64,000 nt of DNA from Chiloscyllium plagiosum (lineage: Eukaryota): contig NC_057755.1 of NCBI RefSeq assembly GCF_004010195.1, positions 9,738,202-9,802,201 of the forward strand, read 5' to 3'. Position numbers and translations under genes: made by a program. Below the pieces are notes generated by a model. The model was given only the letters and a program-made list of their open reading frames with translations. It was not told where the DNA came from and made no database searches. Positions 62,941-64,000 of the stretch are shown in pieces. How positions within the stretch are numbered: the stretch's first letter is position 1; each line of letters starts with the position of its first letter.

Positions 62941-62976
62941 GTCTCTCTCTCTCTCTGTCTCTCTCTCACACACACA
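62826..62976. repeat. (CT)n/(CTGTCT)n microsatellite
   Basis: Direct inspection of the sequence. Confidence 0.95.
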
Positions 62977-62985
62977 TTTGGTGAG

Positions 62986-63353
62986 AAGCGGAGGATCCTG
63001 ATCATAGATGAACAACGGCAGCGGGTAGAGGAGGCCGTGCTGTGCCAGGAAGTTGAGTGGGACCGTACCGACAGGCAGGCCAGCGGGCTGGTGTGGCAGC
63101 GTGTGGAGGCCTGGGGCCCGGACGCAGACGAGTCAGGGAAGGTGCTGGTGTCGGTGGCCGGTGTGCGAGGCCAGGAGCAGCACCCACCAACAACATTGCA
63201 GAGCCTGCCCCGCGATAGACCGGGTTCCTCCCCAGCCCAGCGTAGGCGCAAGTCGGAATATCCCCGCCGGCGGAGCTGCATCTCGTTCACGTTCGGTGGG
63301 GCGGAGCTGAGCACAGGCCATCCTGAAGAAGGCGAGGAGCCGGTGGAGATCCG
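62986..63353 (+). CDS. Probable downstream coding exon of the CpG-island gene
   Basis: GC/CpG-rich open frame (KRRILIIDEQ...RRRKSEYPRRRSC...EEPVEIR) following a long (CT)n pyrimidine tract, with a consensus donor CG|GTGAGT at 63354. The acceptor is uncertain (62986 phase 0, or 63008 phase 1). Confidence 0.6.
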
Positions 63354-64000
63354 GTGAGTGGAGAGCACGTGTGGAGGTGGGTGAGTCACCCGGTGTCCAG
63401 GGCCTTCTGTGCTTTGGAAAGGGATGACTGATGTTTGGGGGAGTTGGGGAAGTGTACCCAAAGGTGGAGAGATTGATGATGAAGGCATGAGTGTTCCTTT
63501 CAGACTCATGGAAATGACTGTTTCGAAGAGGGATTGACTATCAAACAAACCAGAAGGAGCACTATCCTTTGCCATGCACACCTGAGCAGCATGAGGGTAC
63601 TCAGCCTCAACTGGTGGGAAAGATATTCAGGATCAGATCTGCAGGGAAACTCTGAAGAGATGCAGAAACTACAGTTTAGTGATAACGGACGACTTCAGTT
63701 TTCTGAATGTGGAAAGGGGCAAATCGTGTTAGAAAGTATTTATTGTACGTATTTGGGAGACTATTTTTGATGTGCCTATTCTGGCTGACGGAGGAAGGAT
63801 TCTGGTTGGTTGGGAATGCTCTGAATCCGGTCGATCAGGTGTGAGGGAACTTTGGGGGATCAGTGATCAGCGCTAACCTAATGTTTCCAACGTTGTCTAA
63901 AATAACCACATTGGAGGTAGGCCAAATTCTACATTTGGAGGGAAAGCTGTCACAAGCAAAATTGTGCAAAAAAGAACAATTGGCTGTTTTTTAATGAGGA

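Noticed and set aside
62814..63581. 255-aa minus-strand ORF
   Set aside because: Antisense shadow of the GC-rich + strand exon plus a (GA)n microsatellite giving ERER repeats.

Overview
Repeat-rich vertebrate genomic DNA, most likely a shark. This inference rests on tRNA-derived SINEs with (TAATC)n tails, abundant CR1 LINEs and two-exon GPR139-like GPCRs. There are two assembly gaps (1908-2518, 23741-24240). Genes: (1) an intact two-coding-exon core-2/I-branching beta-1,6-GlcNAc-transferase (GCNT family, ~444 aa, + strand, 24441-26420) joined by a GC-AG intron; (2) two decayed GPR139/GPR142-like class-A GPCR copies (+ 6352-7254; - 39571-36041), the second with a TATA-containing upstream block that is duplicated 7 kb away; (3) the 5' part of an unidentified CpG-island gene (ATG 53279, further exon near 62986-63353). 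Most of the rest is retroelement debris: CR1, SINEs, Penelope-like elements (PLEs), and a Ty3/Gypsy element with the integrase-before-RT (Gmr1-type) order. Three satellite arrays are also present. The most striking signal is a set of minimal hammerhead-ribozyme (HHR) motifs from at least three PLE families. Several sit in ~100-bp insertions that begin right at the ribozyme, and one insertion is a 70-bp-arm palindrome folded exactly at HHR stem II. All calls were made by eye; element boundaries are approximate.
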